A stretch of 64,000 bases of DNA from Candidatus Latescibacterota bacterium (GTDB taxonomy: Bacteria > Latescibacterota > CBDEFO01). The stretch covers positions 288,001 to 352,000 of the forward strand of contig CBDEFO010000004.1 of the NCBI GenBank assembly GCA_965237525.1, read 5' to 3'. Shown here piece after piece: positions 23,063 to 34,000 of this stretch. Position numbers and translations under genes: made by a program. Each line of letters begins with the position of its first letter. The first letter of the stretch is position 1. The notes under the pieces are model-generated. The model had not been told where the DNA came from, did no database searches, and saw only the letters and a list, made by a program, of their open reading frames with translations.

Positions 23063-26000
23063 CTATCTCATCAATAGCAGCTTCCTTATCTTCACAAATT
23101 CTTCCGATCCATCCGTCTTCAAGCGATACAGATAGACCCCGCTGGCAAGGCTCTCTCCATTATCATCTTTGCCATCCCAGAGTACAGAGTGGCTTCCTGC
23201 GTCCATCTGCTGATGTACCAATGTCGCTACCTTCTGTCCTATCATATTATAGACAGATATATCAACCTGGCTTCGGAGGGGAAGATCGTAATGGATCACT
23301 GTCTCTGGGTTGAACGGATTGGGGAAGTTCTGAGGCAATGCATAGGTGTCAGGAACTTCGGAAACGTCGTCAGATTGGGAAGTAACCACACTGAAGAGAC
23401 CTTCGTTTAATTGAGCAGAGACTAGATCAATCCCCGTAAGATTCAATCGGGGATCAATCTCACCAATAGTCTCAATCTGCGAATCTACAGGCTCAAATAT
23501 AATCTCTGCAATCCTACCGCTGCCTTCAACTGATTCTACACCAGCAAACGATAGCCTTAGCCTGCCATCTTGAGCATTGTTGGCGAAAAGATAATCAGAG
23601 GTCAGGTCTGATGTGATAGCTTCTGAAACTTTGAGCTTGGTGGAATCGAAGGATAGTTCAAGTTGACCTGATAATACACCGTCCATCTCGTTTATGAGGA
23701 CAGGAACTGCAAAGCGTCCATCAGACAAATCCTCTACATCACCTAAACTGATAATCCTTTCGGCAAGTATAGACTTAGAGATGCCTCCCGTCTCGGCGGG
23801 AAACTCAGTTATTATCCCGACAACGAACCTGAGTATCAAAGAGGCATCAAAGGAACTTATAGTGCCGTCTCCGCTGACATCTGCTATCAGGGTGTCAGAG
23901 ATTACAAAGAGATCGACTGTGTGTTCAAGCACCAAAGCGGCATCAAAGGCCGTTACATGTCTGTTGCCGGTGACATCCCCTAACAACCTTTCGATAATTT
24001 GCACAGACCCGTCCTGTGTATTTGCCGGTGGATCTCCCTCGTTGAAGAAGAATTCCTCAAATACCAATGCCGTGGAATCACTGATGACTGCTGAATCGAA
24101 AAGTGCAAAGTTGATAAGCACAAGATTCCCCGACCCCGATAATGCGTTGCCTTTCCTGGTCGCCATTGCAATCTTGACAGTGTCTACAGATGTTCCGACG
24201 CCTGTTGCAACTGTGCCAGCCGTCGTCCAGCCCTGGGTCAGTGTCCCTTCCGATGTCACATCTATTGTCTCTATTACATTTGAATCGTAGCTGATATTCA
24301 TCTGGGCTGAGATGATTCCAAGCCCTGTCACATCCTCTTCGATAAGGACGGGAACTGAAACTATAGTATGGTCGATAAAGACAGATGTGTCCGGAAGGCT
24401 GACCGAGACAAGATCAAATGTTAATTCAACAATAGACGGACCACTTGAATTAGTCCATAGACCACCATTATGATAGGTCAGGAACTGAGGTAGAGAACCA
24501 GAAGGAGATACTACTGTATCCACTGACACGACTGTCCCATCTCCTGTAGTCTTCCAGATGCAACGGTTTCCATAATCTCCTATGTATAGGTACGTGTTGT
24601 CACTTGCAATAGACTTGCGCCTGACTATCTCCCCCAAGAACTCATGTCCACTTTGATCGTAAACCTCAAATTCTCCACCTATGCTATTGTCGCGTGTTTG
24701 CCACAATTCAGATCCCAGAAAGGCCATATCGTTACTCCATGTGCGTGTGGTATATGAAGTAGCGTCTACAGTTCCTGTGCTGGGATCGTACTGATAGATC
24801 GGTCCACTTGGATGAATTCTGACATAGATATATCCATTATAGTGTGCAACGCCGGATAGCTGCTCGACACCCACTGAATAGGGTATGTCCACAGATGTCG
24901 CCAGCTCCCAATCGCTGGCACGTACTTTATAGAGTTTCTGAGTAGATGATGCTGACAGATTACCAGTAACCCAAAAGTCCATCCCATCACTGGCCAAGCC
25001 ATTAATCCCACTTAGATCGCTTATGTAAAGGGCATGAACAAACTCGAATCCGTCAAAAAGTGTGTCTGCCAGACCACTGGGATTTGTGATTATCAAATCC
25101 ACAGTGCCGACAGCGTGAGCGGGAGTTGTAGCAGTAATAGTTTCAGAGGACACGATGAACCCGCCTGTAGCTGTGCTATCACCAAAAGTCACAGTCGCTC
25201 CGCTCCGGAAATTGCTGCCTCTTATGGTCACAGGGGTGGCACCCGATTCTGAGCCAGAAGTGGGATTGATAGTTGTAACTACCGGGCGGGCGATCGTTCC
25301 GGTAACTGTGACCGTAAACGCGGTCTGCGTTGTGCCGCCGTTGCCGTCGTTTGCCTCGACGGTGATCGTGTCGCTGCCCGCCGACAGGGCCGTGACCGTA
25401 AGGATGCTCCCTGAAATACTCGGCACGACCACCAAGGAGTCAGAACTGCTGGCCAGATAGACCAGAACGTCACCGTTGGGATCAGTAAACACGGAATCCG
25501 GGGAGACCAAGTCTCGGACAAATGGTGGATCTCCCGCATCAAGGTCAATGTTTTGGTCAGGGATAGTGTTCTTCACCACCGGCGTATCGTTCGATCCTAC
25601 CGCAATGCTAAAAGATCTAGTTTCCCTCTGACTCCATATCCCGGCCGCATTCTGCGCCCGCACAGTTACGGTATGACTATCCAGCGGGAGTCCCGCAGTA
25701 GGAAGTCCCACGCCTACATTGACGGACTCCGCCTGCGAAATAGGTATTTCAACACCTTCCCCTAATCCGGGATCGGTGTTGAAGAAATATTCCAGTCTAA
25801 CAAGTGGTGACGGCGCGGTTAGATCAATGGGAGAGTATATATAGAACGGCCGTGCTTCGGTCACACTCCAAATTCCATCTTGATTGCGTGCGCGCACGTG
25901 CAGAGTATGAAGACCAGTTAGCAAGACCAAGACTCGCCGCACTGATCTGCTCCGTAATATCGGCTGTATCACCCACACCTACAGTAAATCCACTCCCCTG

Positions 26001-26822
26001 GCCGTGACCAGGATCATCGTCCACAAAATATTCCACCGCCTCAATCGAAGTAACCTGCTCTAAGGTCTCTGCATAGATGTAAAACGGCCGTGCTTCGGTC
26101 ACACTCCAAATTCCATCTTGGCTGCGGGCACGCACATGCAAAGTATGAAGACCAGTGCCAAGACTCGCCGCACTGATCTGCTCTGTAATATCGACTGTAT
26201 CATCCAAACTTACAGCAAATCCACTCCCCTGACCATGACCAGGATCCTCGTCCAGAAAATATTCCACCGCCTCTATCGAAGCTACCTGAACTAAGGTCTC
26301 TGCATAGATGTAAAACGGCCGCGATTCGGTCATACTCCACCTGCCATCCTGACTGCGGGCGCGCACGTGCAAAGTATGAAGACCGGTGCCAAGACTGGCC
26401 GCACTGACCTGTTGCATAATATTGACCGTATCACCCACACTTACAGTAAATCCACTCGCAAGACCGTGGCCAGGATCATCGTCCACAAAATATTCCACCG
26501 CCTCAATTGAAGCTACCTGCACTGCGGGAGCTTCGTAGATGTAAAACGGCCGTGCTTCGGTCATACTCCAATTGTTATTAGCATCCTTAAACCGCACATG
26601 CAGCGTATGAAGACCTGTGGAGAACCCGCTTGTGGATATTGAGAACGTGACCCATGTATCCGGGGATGACACAGATATAGCAGTGCCCAACCCGTGTCCC
26701 GGATCAATATCGATAAAGTGTTCTGCCGCCACAAGATCAGGTGTTGTCTGCGCGTACAGATGGCCCTGGCACAGGAGCAGAACAACTGCTGCAAGCATCA
26801 GTTTCAATCTAACTTTGTCCAT
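23063..26822 (-). pseudogene. Modular secreted protein: EYF.D.DPG.G Ig-like repeats, cadherin-like, IPT, propeller-like, cohesin, dockerin, T9SS-type tail; frameshift near 25920
   Basis: ORFs 25824-26822 and 23063-25978 join at SLG-TGLHTLHVRA (7 extra nt); dockerin GDVTGN..TAFDA / DVSGDG.ISSFDA; FPNPFNP tail. Confidence 0.78.
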
Positions 26823-26876
26823 TGTAGTAATCCGGAAGAAGATAAAGGTGCCAATGACTTCTGTGGAATCCGCAGA

Positions 26877-27965
26877 TCAATTAGATCTTGCCTTTACCTT
26901 CACGTTTAGATTACCGCCCTGCCTTACTACGCTTGAAGCGTTGAACACCTGAATGAGCGGAATGGACGGAAGGACGTGCGGCCACGAATCAAAAGGATTA
27001 CCACCTCCATATATACCGATATCCGTGCCGTCACTGCCGGCGCCTATCGCCGGAGAGCCGAGTTTCAGGTTGAAATCCCAGCCAAAGGAGATACCGTCAG
27101 ACCCACTCAGAGGAAAATTCTCAAATAAAGGACTTTGACCTACAATATTGTCGACTCCTGTAGCGCCGTCAGGAGGTAAGCCATTTGCGTTCGTTCCGAA
27201 GGTGAGATTATTATTGAATACATTTCTCGCAGGTGAAAGCCTACCGGTTGGCATTACACCGTAGAAGATATTATTCGCAACTATGCAATCAGTAATGCGT
27301 TCGAACGTTAGCCTGTTCGTGTTGACTGTAGCGATGAAGATATTATTGCTGATCACTGTGTTATTGTCTACACTTATACCGCCCAAGCCACCACTCTGAA
27401 AATTGTAGAAAATACTGTTGCTTATTACCAAATTTGATGCTCTACCTGTAAAACTTAGCACATCAAGTCCGTCAACAATATTAATAATACAATTCCTGAT
27501 TCGTAAGCTATCAACAGAAGAACCGGAGCTTATACGTATACTTCCCCCATTAAACCAACATCTCTCAATGACTATGTTGCTGAGTGCCCCGCCGCTAAAT
27601 GTGGCTGCTGATTCTTGCAGGCCAGATATTACTGTACCAGAAGCATTAGTTTGAAATAACGTGTTACTGGCAAAGGTGATGGTGCCCACTATTGACCGGG
27701 CGAAACGATCTTTATCTGGATTAATTCCTCCACCGTAAACCGTCAATCTTTTGTCAATAATTATGTTCCCGTAACTGCTTGGACTCGGTGTCACATGTAC
27801 TGTATCCCCCACCTGGGCCGCATTAAGAGCCGACTGCAGTGATGAGAACACGTTGTTCCCTGTCGGTGCATTCAAGTTATTGTCAGCCACGAATACGGCC
27901 CCGTAGGCATTACCCATCCAGAGCACAGCGGCCGAAAGCACGATTAATGTTGTTAGAGTTCTCAC
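26877..27965 (-). CDS. Secreted right-handed beta-helix repeat protein
   Basis: Signal peptide after GGAGG RBS; Asn-rich ISNNIF/VANNIF ladders; SPAIGAGSDGTDIGIYGG motif. Confidence 0.8.
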   Translation of the reverse strand: MRTLTTLIVLSAAVLWMGNAYGAVFVADNNLNAPTGNNVFSSLQSALNAAQVGDTVHVTPSPSSYGNIIIDKRLTVYGGGINPDKDRFARSIVGTITFASNTLFQTNASGTVISGLQESAATFSGGALSNIVIERCWFNGGSIRISSGSSVDSLRIRNCIINIVDGLDVLSFTGRASNLVISNSIFYNFQSGGLGGISVDNNTVISNNIFIATVNTNRLTFERITDCIVANNIFYGVMPTGRLSPARNVFNNNLTFGTNANGLPPDGATGVDNIVGQSPLFENFPLSGSDGISFGWDFNLKLGSPAIGAGSDGTDIGIYGGGNPFDSWPHVLPSIPLIQVFNASSVVRQGGNLNVKVKARSN

Positions 27966-28089
27966 GGTTAGTTCCTCCCTTTGTGTTAGGGTTAATTTAG
28001 GTGTTGGAGATTCAACTTTGGCATCTGTAAATGTTATACGACTCACAAGATAAGGAAAAAATGAGACAAATGTCAAGCAAAAACGATGC

Positions 28090-29163
28090 TTACTTCCTTG
28101 TTTTAATCAACAATATAGTCCCGACAGTTATAAAGATGATGTTCCCTATCCAGGCCGCTAAAAGGGGTTGCAGATAGCCGTTGTGGCCCAATGCCTGCGC
28201 GCCCTTTATGAAGCCGTAAAAGACAAACGAGATCAGGATCGTTATCCCGAAACTTGCAGCCTTTCCAGTCCTCCTTCCTACAGAGGAAGCCATAGGGGCT
28301 CCGAGGAGGACCATTATGAAATTGGTTAGAGGATACGATATTTTCAGATGGAGGTCCACCAGCCATTTTCCGGCCTCTTTCCCGCTGTTGGTGGCTCTTT
28401 CTATATATCGTTTGAGCTCGAAGTAGTTCATCTCCTCAGGCTTTTTGTATTCCCTGATAAAATCCATAGGGACAACCAAAAAGTTCTCTAAGATCCTGCT
28501 TTCAAACTGAGTTATATTCTCCTGTTCGCCGCTAAATTCTCTTATTATCCCCTCCCTGACCTCCCATCTGTTATCCCTCCAGAACATCTTCTTGCCCGTA
28601 ATTCTCCTTATCAACGATGAACCGTCGTATTCTTCTATAGAGACATCAGCGGCGGTCTCATTCACAGGGTCATAGACCTTGGCAAAGACCAGGCGGTTTT
28701 CTCCATCGGAGAGAAAGACATCCTTTCTGATCGTTTTGGATTTGTCGCTGCGGCTTGTCCCGTGTCTTATTTCCATCCTCCGCTGATTGGTCCTCGGGAC
28801 TACGACTTCGGCAAAGACTAAAGAGATCAGACTGGCAATTATGCCTATGAAGAAGACAGGGGATAAGATGCGATACAAGCTCATCCCGGAGGCCTTCATC
28901 GCCACAAGTTCGTTCTGCCTTGCCATACCACCTAAACAGAATAACGACGAAAGGAGCATTACCATAGGGAGCATCAGGAGCACAATGTAGGGGATATAGT
29001 ACAGATAGTACTTAGCCACCCTGATCGCCGTGAAGCCACTGTCCATGAATCTGTTGAGGTGATCTACCGAATCGACTACTATGAATATGAGCACGAAGGC
29101 AGTAAGGCCTACAAAAAGCCATCCTATGAACTCTCGGGCGATGTAGCGGCTCAGGATTCGCAT
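28090..29163 (-). CDS. lptG: LPS export ABC transporter permease LptG
   Basis: MRILSRYI, NELVAMKASGMS, LAAWIGN; downstream of lptF. Confidence 0.88.
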   Translation of the reverse strand: MRILSRYIAREFIGWLFVGLTAFVLIFIVVDSVDHLNRFMDSGFTAIRVAKYYLYYIPYIVLLMLPMVMLLSSLFCLGGMARQNELVAMKASGMSLYRILSPVFFIGIIASLISLVFAEVVVPRTNQRRMEIRHGTSRSDKSKTIRKDVFLSDGENRLVFAKVYDPVNETAADVSIEEYDGSSLIRRITGKKMFWRDNRWEVREGIIREFSGEQENITQFESRILENFLVVPMDFIREYKKPEEMNYFELKRYIERATNSGKEAGKWLVDLHLKISYPLTNFIMVLLGAPMASSVGRRTGKAASFGITILISFVFYGFIKGAQALGHNGYLQPLLAAWIGNIIFITVGTILLIKTRK

Positions 29164-29267
29164 AATTTTTGCAACTAATAGAGTCTCAATTTGGTCTTAG
29201 TTGTGGGAAACACTGCAACTTCCGTTTGAACAGTAAACAGCACACACGTATAGGAAGCAGTCTAAGT

Positions 29268-29411
29268 GAGATTTCTTCGCTTCGCGCGCAGTGACATTTG
29301 CTGGCACGGATACTTAATGTCATTGCGGGGGACGAAAAGCCCCGACCCCGAAGGAGTTGCGAAGCAGAACCAATCTCAAGAGGTGAGTGATGGTACGCCC
29401 CTGTCTACACC
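29268..29411. repeat. Palindromic intergenic repeat (GAGATT.CTTCGC...GTCATTGCG...GCGAAGC..AATCTC) followed by heptamer-tailed repeat
   Basis: Related copies near 37064-37211, 46884-46950 and 52418-52473. Confidence 0.6.
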
Positions 29412-29432
29412 CTATTGAATCCCCGATTGAGT

Positions 29433-30815
29433 CTACTCCTTATTGAACCTATCGGGGGGATCGGGGCTACTGTCTGCTTGCTTTCGGTGTTCGGCTAGGG
29501 CGTGTCTTTTGACTGACCTGAAGGTGAGGTAGAGCCCGCAGGCTCCGATGACTATGTTCGGAGCCCACATGGAAAGATATGGCGGTATTACTTCTCTGTC
29601 CGCCAGGATCTCACCACCCCTTAAGAAAGCCCAGTAAAGGGCAAAAAAGCCGATGCTTATGACAGCAATAGCCTGACCCCTCTTGCCTGCCATAATTCCC
29701 AAAGGGACCCCTACAAGCACAAATACGATGCAGGCAGTGGGGATGGAGAACTTCTTATGGATCTCTACAAGATACTGGTTTATTTTGCGGTTCTTCCTGG
29801 CCATATTGGCAGTTTCCCTGCGGACCTGGATGAGGGTCTTTCGGGTGTCTCGTGCTAAGTCATGGGAACCGTTTGAAAAACGGTCGACAAGAGAATCTAC
29901 TGAAGCGCTGTGCGTCGAACTTGCCTCCCATGCAGGAAGATAGCGTCTTATGTACTGTTCCGTGATAGTATCTATATTGTCTCTATGTACTTTTTTCTGA
30001 TTTTGGAGCGACTTGATTTCGTCGAGCATCATCCTGACGCTCATTTCTCTGTCTCCGCGGCCGAGAGAGCTGGTCCTTTTGAAGGTTTGGCCCACATCCG
30101 GTATGTTTATCAAATGTCTTTTGAAAGTGGTGCGGACGTATCTGTCGCTGTCTTCAGGATCTAGCTGATGTATTTCCCCATCGTAGAGGCTTAAAATTAA
30201 GTTATCTGTCTCCTCTGAGAACTTAAGATCTCCCCATTTGGCGCGGATCGAGACAGGGTATTTCCCCTCTTGTTGCTGATAGATAGTCACATTGTACATC
30301 TTGGACGCGTCTTCATCTATCTTCTCAAATAGGACGTTATATCCCGAAAAGTCGTTGATAAAGATGCCCTCCATGTCCTTCAATTCCAACGCGGGCTTCT
30401 TGCGGCGGATGTCGTAGAGGAGGTTTTTGGCTCTGAGGTTGAAATCGGGCAGTATCCTATCGTTAAACAGAACCAAACCGACCGAAAGCAGAGAGACGGC
30501 CACTAGAACAGGAGCCATCAGGTAGTAGATGCTTACCCCACTTGCCCTTATGGCGGTTATTTCGTTGTCAGAGGAGAGTCTTCCAAATGCCATCAAAGTT
30601 GAGACCAGAACAGACATTGGAATGGCCAAAGCGATCATCCATGCAAGGCTCAAGAAGAAGAACTCAGCGATGACCTGTAACCCTACCCCCTTTCCTAGGA
30701 GCAAATTTGCAAAGAAAAGGATCCTGTTTATTATCAGTATGAAGATGATAACTGATAGACTTAGGGAGAAGGGAGCTATATGTTCTTTCAATACATAGCG
30801 GTGCAGTATGCTCAT
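29433..30815 (-). CDS. lptF: LPS export ABC transporter permease LptF
   Basis: MSILHRY, GRLSSDNEITAIRASGVS, EIHKKFSIP, MWAPN. Confidence 0.88.
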   Translation of the reverse strand: MSILHRYVLKEHIAPFSLSLSVIIFILIINRILFFANLLLGKGVGLQVIAEFFFLSLAWMIALAIPMSVLVSTLMAFGRLSSDNEITAIRASGVSIYYLMAPVLVAVSLLSVGLVLFNDRILPDFNLRAKNLLYDIRRKKPALELKDMEGIFINDFSGYNVLFEKIDEDASKMYNVTIYQQQEGKYPVSIRAKWGDLKFSEETDNLILSLYDGEIHQLDPEDSDRYVRTTFKRHLINIPDVGQTFKRTSSLGRGDREMSVRMMLDEIKSLQNQKKVHRDNIDTITEQYIRRYLPAWEASSTHSASVDSLVDRFSNGSHDLARDTRKTLIQVRRETANMARKNRKINQYLVEIHKKFSIPTACIVFVLVGVPLGIMAGKRGQAIAVISIGFFALYWAFLRGGEILADREVIPPYLSMWAPNIVIGACGLYLTFRSVKRHALAEHRKQADSSPDPPDRFNKE

Positions 30816-30857
30816 AGGTCCATTGGCCCCATTCAGGGAGGAAGTGGAGGAAGCAAG

Positions 30858-30895
30858 TAGTGATGAGGTGCGCTGCCCTGTCTACTGTCTACTGT
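30858..30895 (+). repeat. Head-plus-heptamer dispersed repeat
   Basis: GTGATGAGGTGCGCTGCCC-TGTCTAC-TGTCTAC-TGT. Confidence 0.7.
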
Positions 30896-31045
30896 ATTTA
30901 TGTAGACTCTATCCTACAATATAAAATATTTCAGACTTAAAACAAAAGCATTTCTGCGGCCGGCCAAAATTTAACTTGATCTTTAGGCACTATTGTGGTA
31001 TTATCCAATGCACTGTGCTTTTACTATGTTAGAGCTCAAACCGTC

Positions 31046-34000
31046 ATGGGAAATAGGAAAGTTTTCACAATATTAATCTGCGCTCTCTTCCTGTTGTTGC
31101 CCAATAGAGCACAGTCAAAACTGGGGCTTAAGGTTCCGGATAACTACAGCACATTCTGGAACAAAGGCGGGAACGGGAGATCAGGGAGGATGTCTCTATC
31201 TAACGATTCTCCAGCTCTTCTTGAAAGCAACGGCAAAATGATCCAGGACGAGCTGGAAGTGTATCCGGGACTGAATAGGGTGAAGTTTGTGAAGATGTTC
31301 GGGAAGTCCCGATATGGGTGGCCTGTTACCTTAGGTGTCGATGACTTTGTCCAACTGAGCACAGACATGGACAGGGGGAAATTATGGTTCGACAGGGATG
31401 CCGTAAGAGAGAATAAAATGGACAGAAAGAAGGACGGTGGACTGAGCATCAATATTCCGGTGAAGATACCAAAGGCTTTAAGGAGCTTCATAGGTGAAGG
31501 GAGCCGAGTCAAGGTGTCAGGGAGGCGGAAGATCAGCTTTTCGGGCAGAAGCGAGTGGACAGAAGGGCAGATCGTTACGGCTAGATCCAGGCCATCTAAG
31601 TTCCCGTCTCTCAACATGAAGCAGGACTCCAGGTTCACCGTAGAGGGGATCATCGGAGAGAGAATTCACGTTCAAGTGGAGCAGGACAGCAGAGGGCGAA
31701 CGGACAACGCTATAAAACTCAGATACGACGGGATAGAGGACGGAATAATTCAGGAGATAGAGGCGGGAAACACTACTTTGTCTCTCCCCGGAACGCAGTT
31801 TGTGGGCTTCAGCGCTCAAAGTAAAGGGCTCTTCGGAATCAGGGCCAAAAGCAAGGTAGGCTCTGTCGATATAACAACTATTGTGAGTCAAGAGAAGTCT
31901 TCAGGAAAGAAAAAGACGTTCAGAGGCGGAGCACAACAGAACAAACCCAGAAGGATAAAGGATTTCCAGTACGTAAGGAACAAGTACTTCTTTCTGGATC
32001 TGCTCTACAAGGATAGGTTTCGGGATAAAGAATACAAATCCCAGGACTCGGTAGTCGACTTGAGAGTCTTTGTAGATGACCAGAATCAGCAGAATGACGC
32101 CGAGGACCGGGCTATCGATGGACTTGCTTACTTTGATCTGAACAACCGTGAAGAGACGGCTACAAATTTCCACAGAGGAAAATTCCACGAGATAGACCCT
32201 AATGACTACTTCCTGGACCCCAGGCTGGGATACATAATTCTGAACAGGCCCGTAAGAGATTACCACGTTGTAGCCGTGACCTACGAGACGAACAGGGGAG
32301 ACTCCTTTGGAGACGTGGACAGGCCTGCCACGGTGGGAGAAGAACTTACGTTAAAACTGATAAAGGCCAAAAATCAGAGACCGTTCCCGGGTCAGGAGAC
32401 AACCTGGGAACTTGAGTGGAAAAACGTCTACAACCTTGGAGGGAGGAGGATAAACCTCGAAGGATTCGACCTCAGGATATTCAAGGACCTCCCTGGGGAC
32501 GATCCCGATGACTCGCAAAACGGCGTTCCCTACATAAAGATTTTAGGATTAGACCTTAAGGATAGAGATAACAACGCTCAATCTGACAATCTTGTAGACC
32601 TCGGGGAGATACAGATAGGCAACTTCCGTTTTGTCCCGATAGACCTCGAAAGAGGAGAATTGGTATTCCCTGACCTTCAGCCTTTTGCTCCCTTAAACTC
32701 CGATTGGGCAAGGGATAACGGTCTTGATATACCGCCGCTTGAAGAGACGATCCCCCAAATATACGAAAGCCAAGACCGGATAGTCAGACAAAACGCCAGC
32801 AGGTACTTTATAGAGGTGGAGGTCCAGGACAGACAGTCCAGCAGGGTCAGCATCAGCTCCTTTGGCATCCTTGAGGGATCTGAGGAGGTCATCCTCAACG
32901 GCAGGAGACTTCAAAGGAGAACCGATTACAATATAGACTATTTTTCAGGGGATATTACGTTCTTAACAGACGAAGCGCTCTCCCCCACAGCGGAGGTAGT
33001 GGTCAATTTTGAAGATAGCCCGCTCTTTGCGTTTGCGGCTCAACAAAAGACGCTCATAGGAACCAGAGCTGAGTACAAATTTATGGGCAGGTCGTCCCTT
33101 GGGAGCACCTTCCTCTACAATAACGAAAGATCGATCGACAAGAGAGTGCGAGTTGGTCAAGAGCCTGCAAGAACAATAATCTGGGACACAGATTTGAGGC
33201 TCCGTTTTGAACCTAAGCTTATGACGAGCTTTGTGAACGCTATTCCATTTGTAAAATCGTCGCAGTCTTCAAAACTTGACATATCCGCCGAATTTGCTCA
33301 AAGCCTCCCGAATCCGAACACACTGGGTCAGGCGTTCATAGACGACTTTGAGGGGAGCAGCAGGAAGACAAGCTTTGGAATATTTAGATCTGTATGGACC
33401 CAGGCCAGCCCCCCAGTTGATGATCCACAGCAAATAGAGGACTTCAAATCTAATCAAGGAAGGCTGATATGGTATAATCCCTTTGATAGAATCGATACCA
33501 GGGAGATATGGCCCAACAAGGAAGTCTCAAGCAGGGAGAACAAAACAGATGTCCTGGTGTTGGATTTCGATCCTGAGGGAAAAGCTACCTATCAAGATGC
33601 AGCATCAGGACCGATTGAGGAACGCTGGGGAGGCGTAATGCGGGCTCTCCCTTCAGGAGGCAACGACTTTTCACGATCTAAGTTCATAGAGGTGTGGGTA
33701 AAGGGGGATGACGGGACCCTGAACATAGATTTAGGAGATATATCTGAGGATGTCATTCTCAACAAGATATTGGACACTGAGGACAGAGATATATCCGGGA
33801 TCAGGAATAACGTCCTCGACATAGATGAAGACGTCGGAATAGACGGACTTGCCGATGAAGATGAGCCAGGATACGTACCCGTCTCTAATCCCGATCCCAA
33901 CGGGGATAACTGGCACTACGATTCGGATAGGGACAGCAGAGACAACTACGAACAGATCAACGGAACAGAAGACAGCAAGCACGATTCGGACAGGGGGCTA

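Noticed and set aside
16589..23330. Duplicated C-terminal block as a DGR template/variable repeat pair
   Set aside because: Differences are not adenine-restricted, both copies are gene ends, and no reverse transcriptase was recognised in the window.
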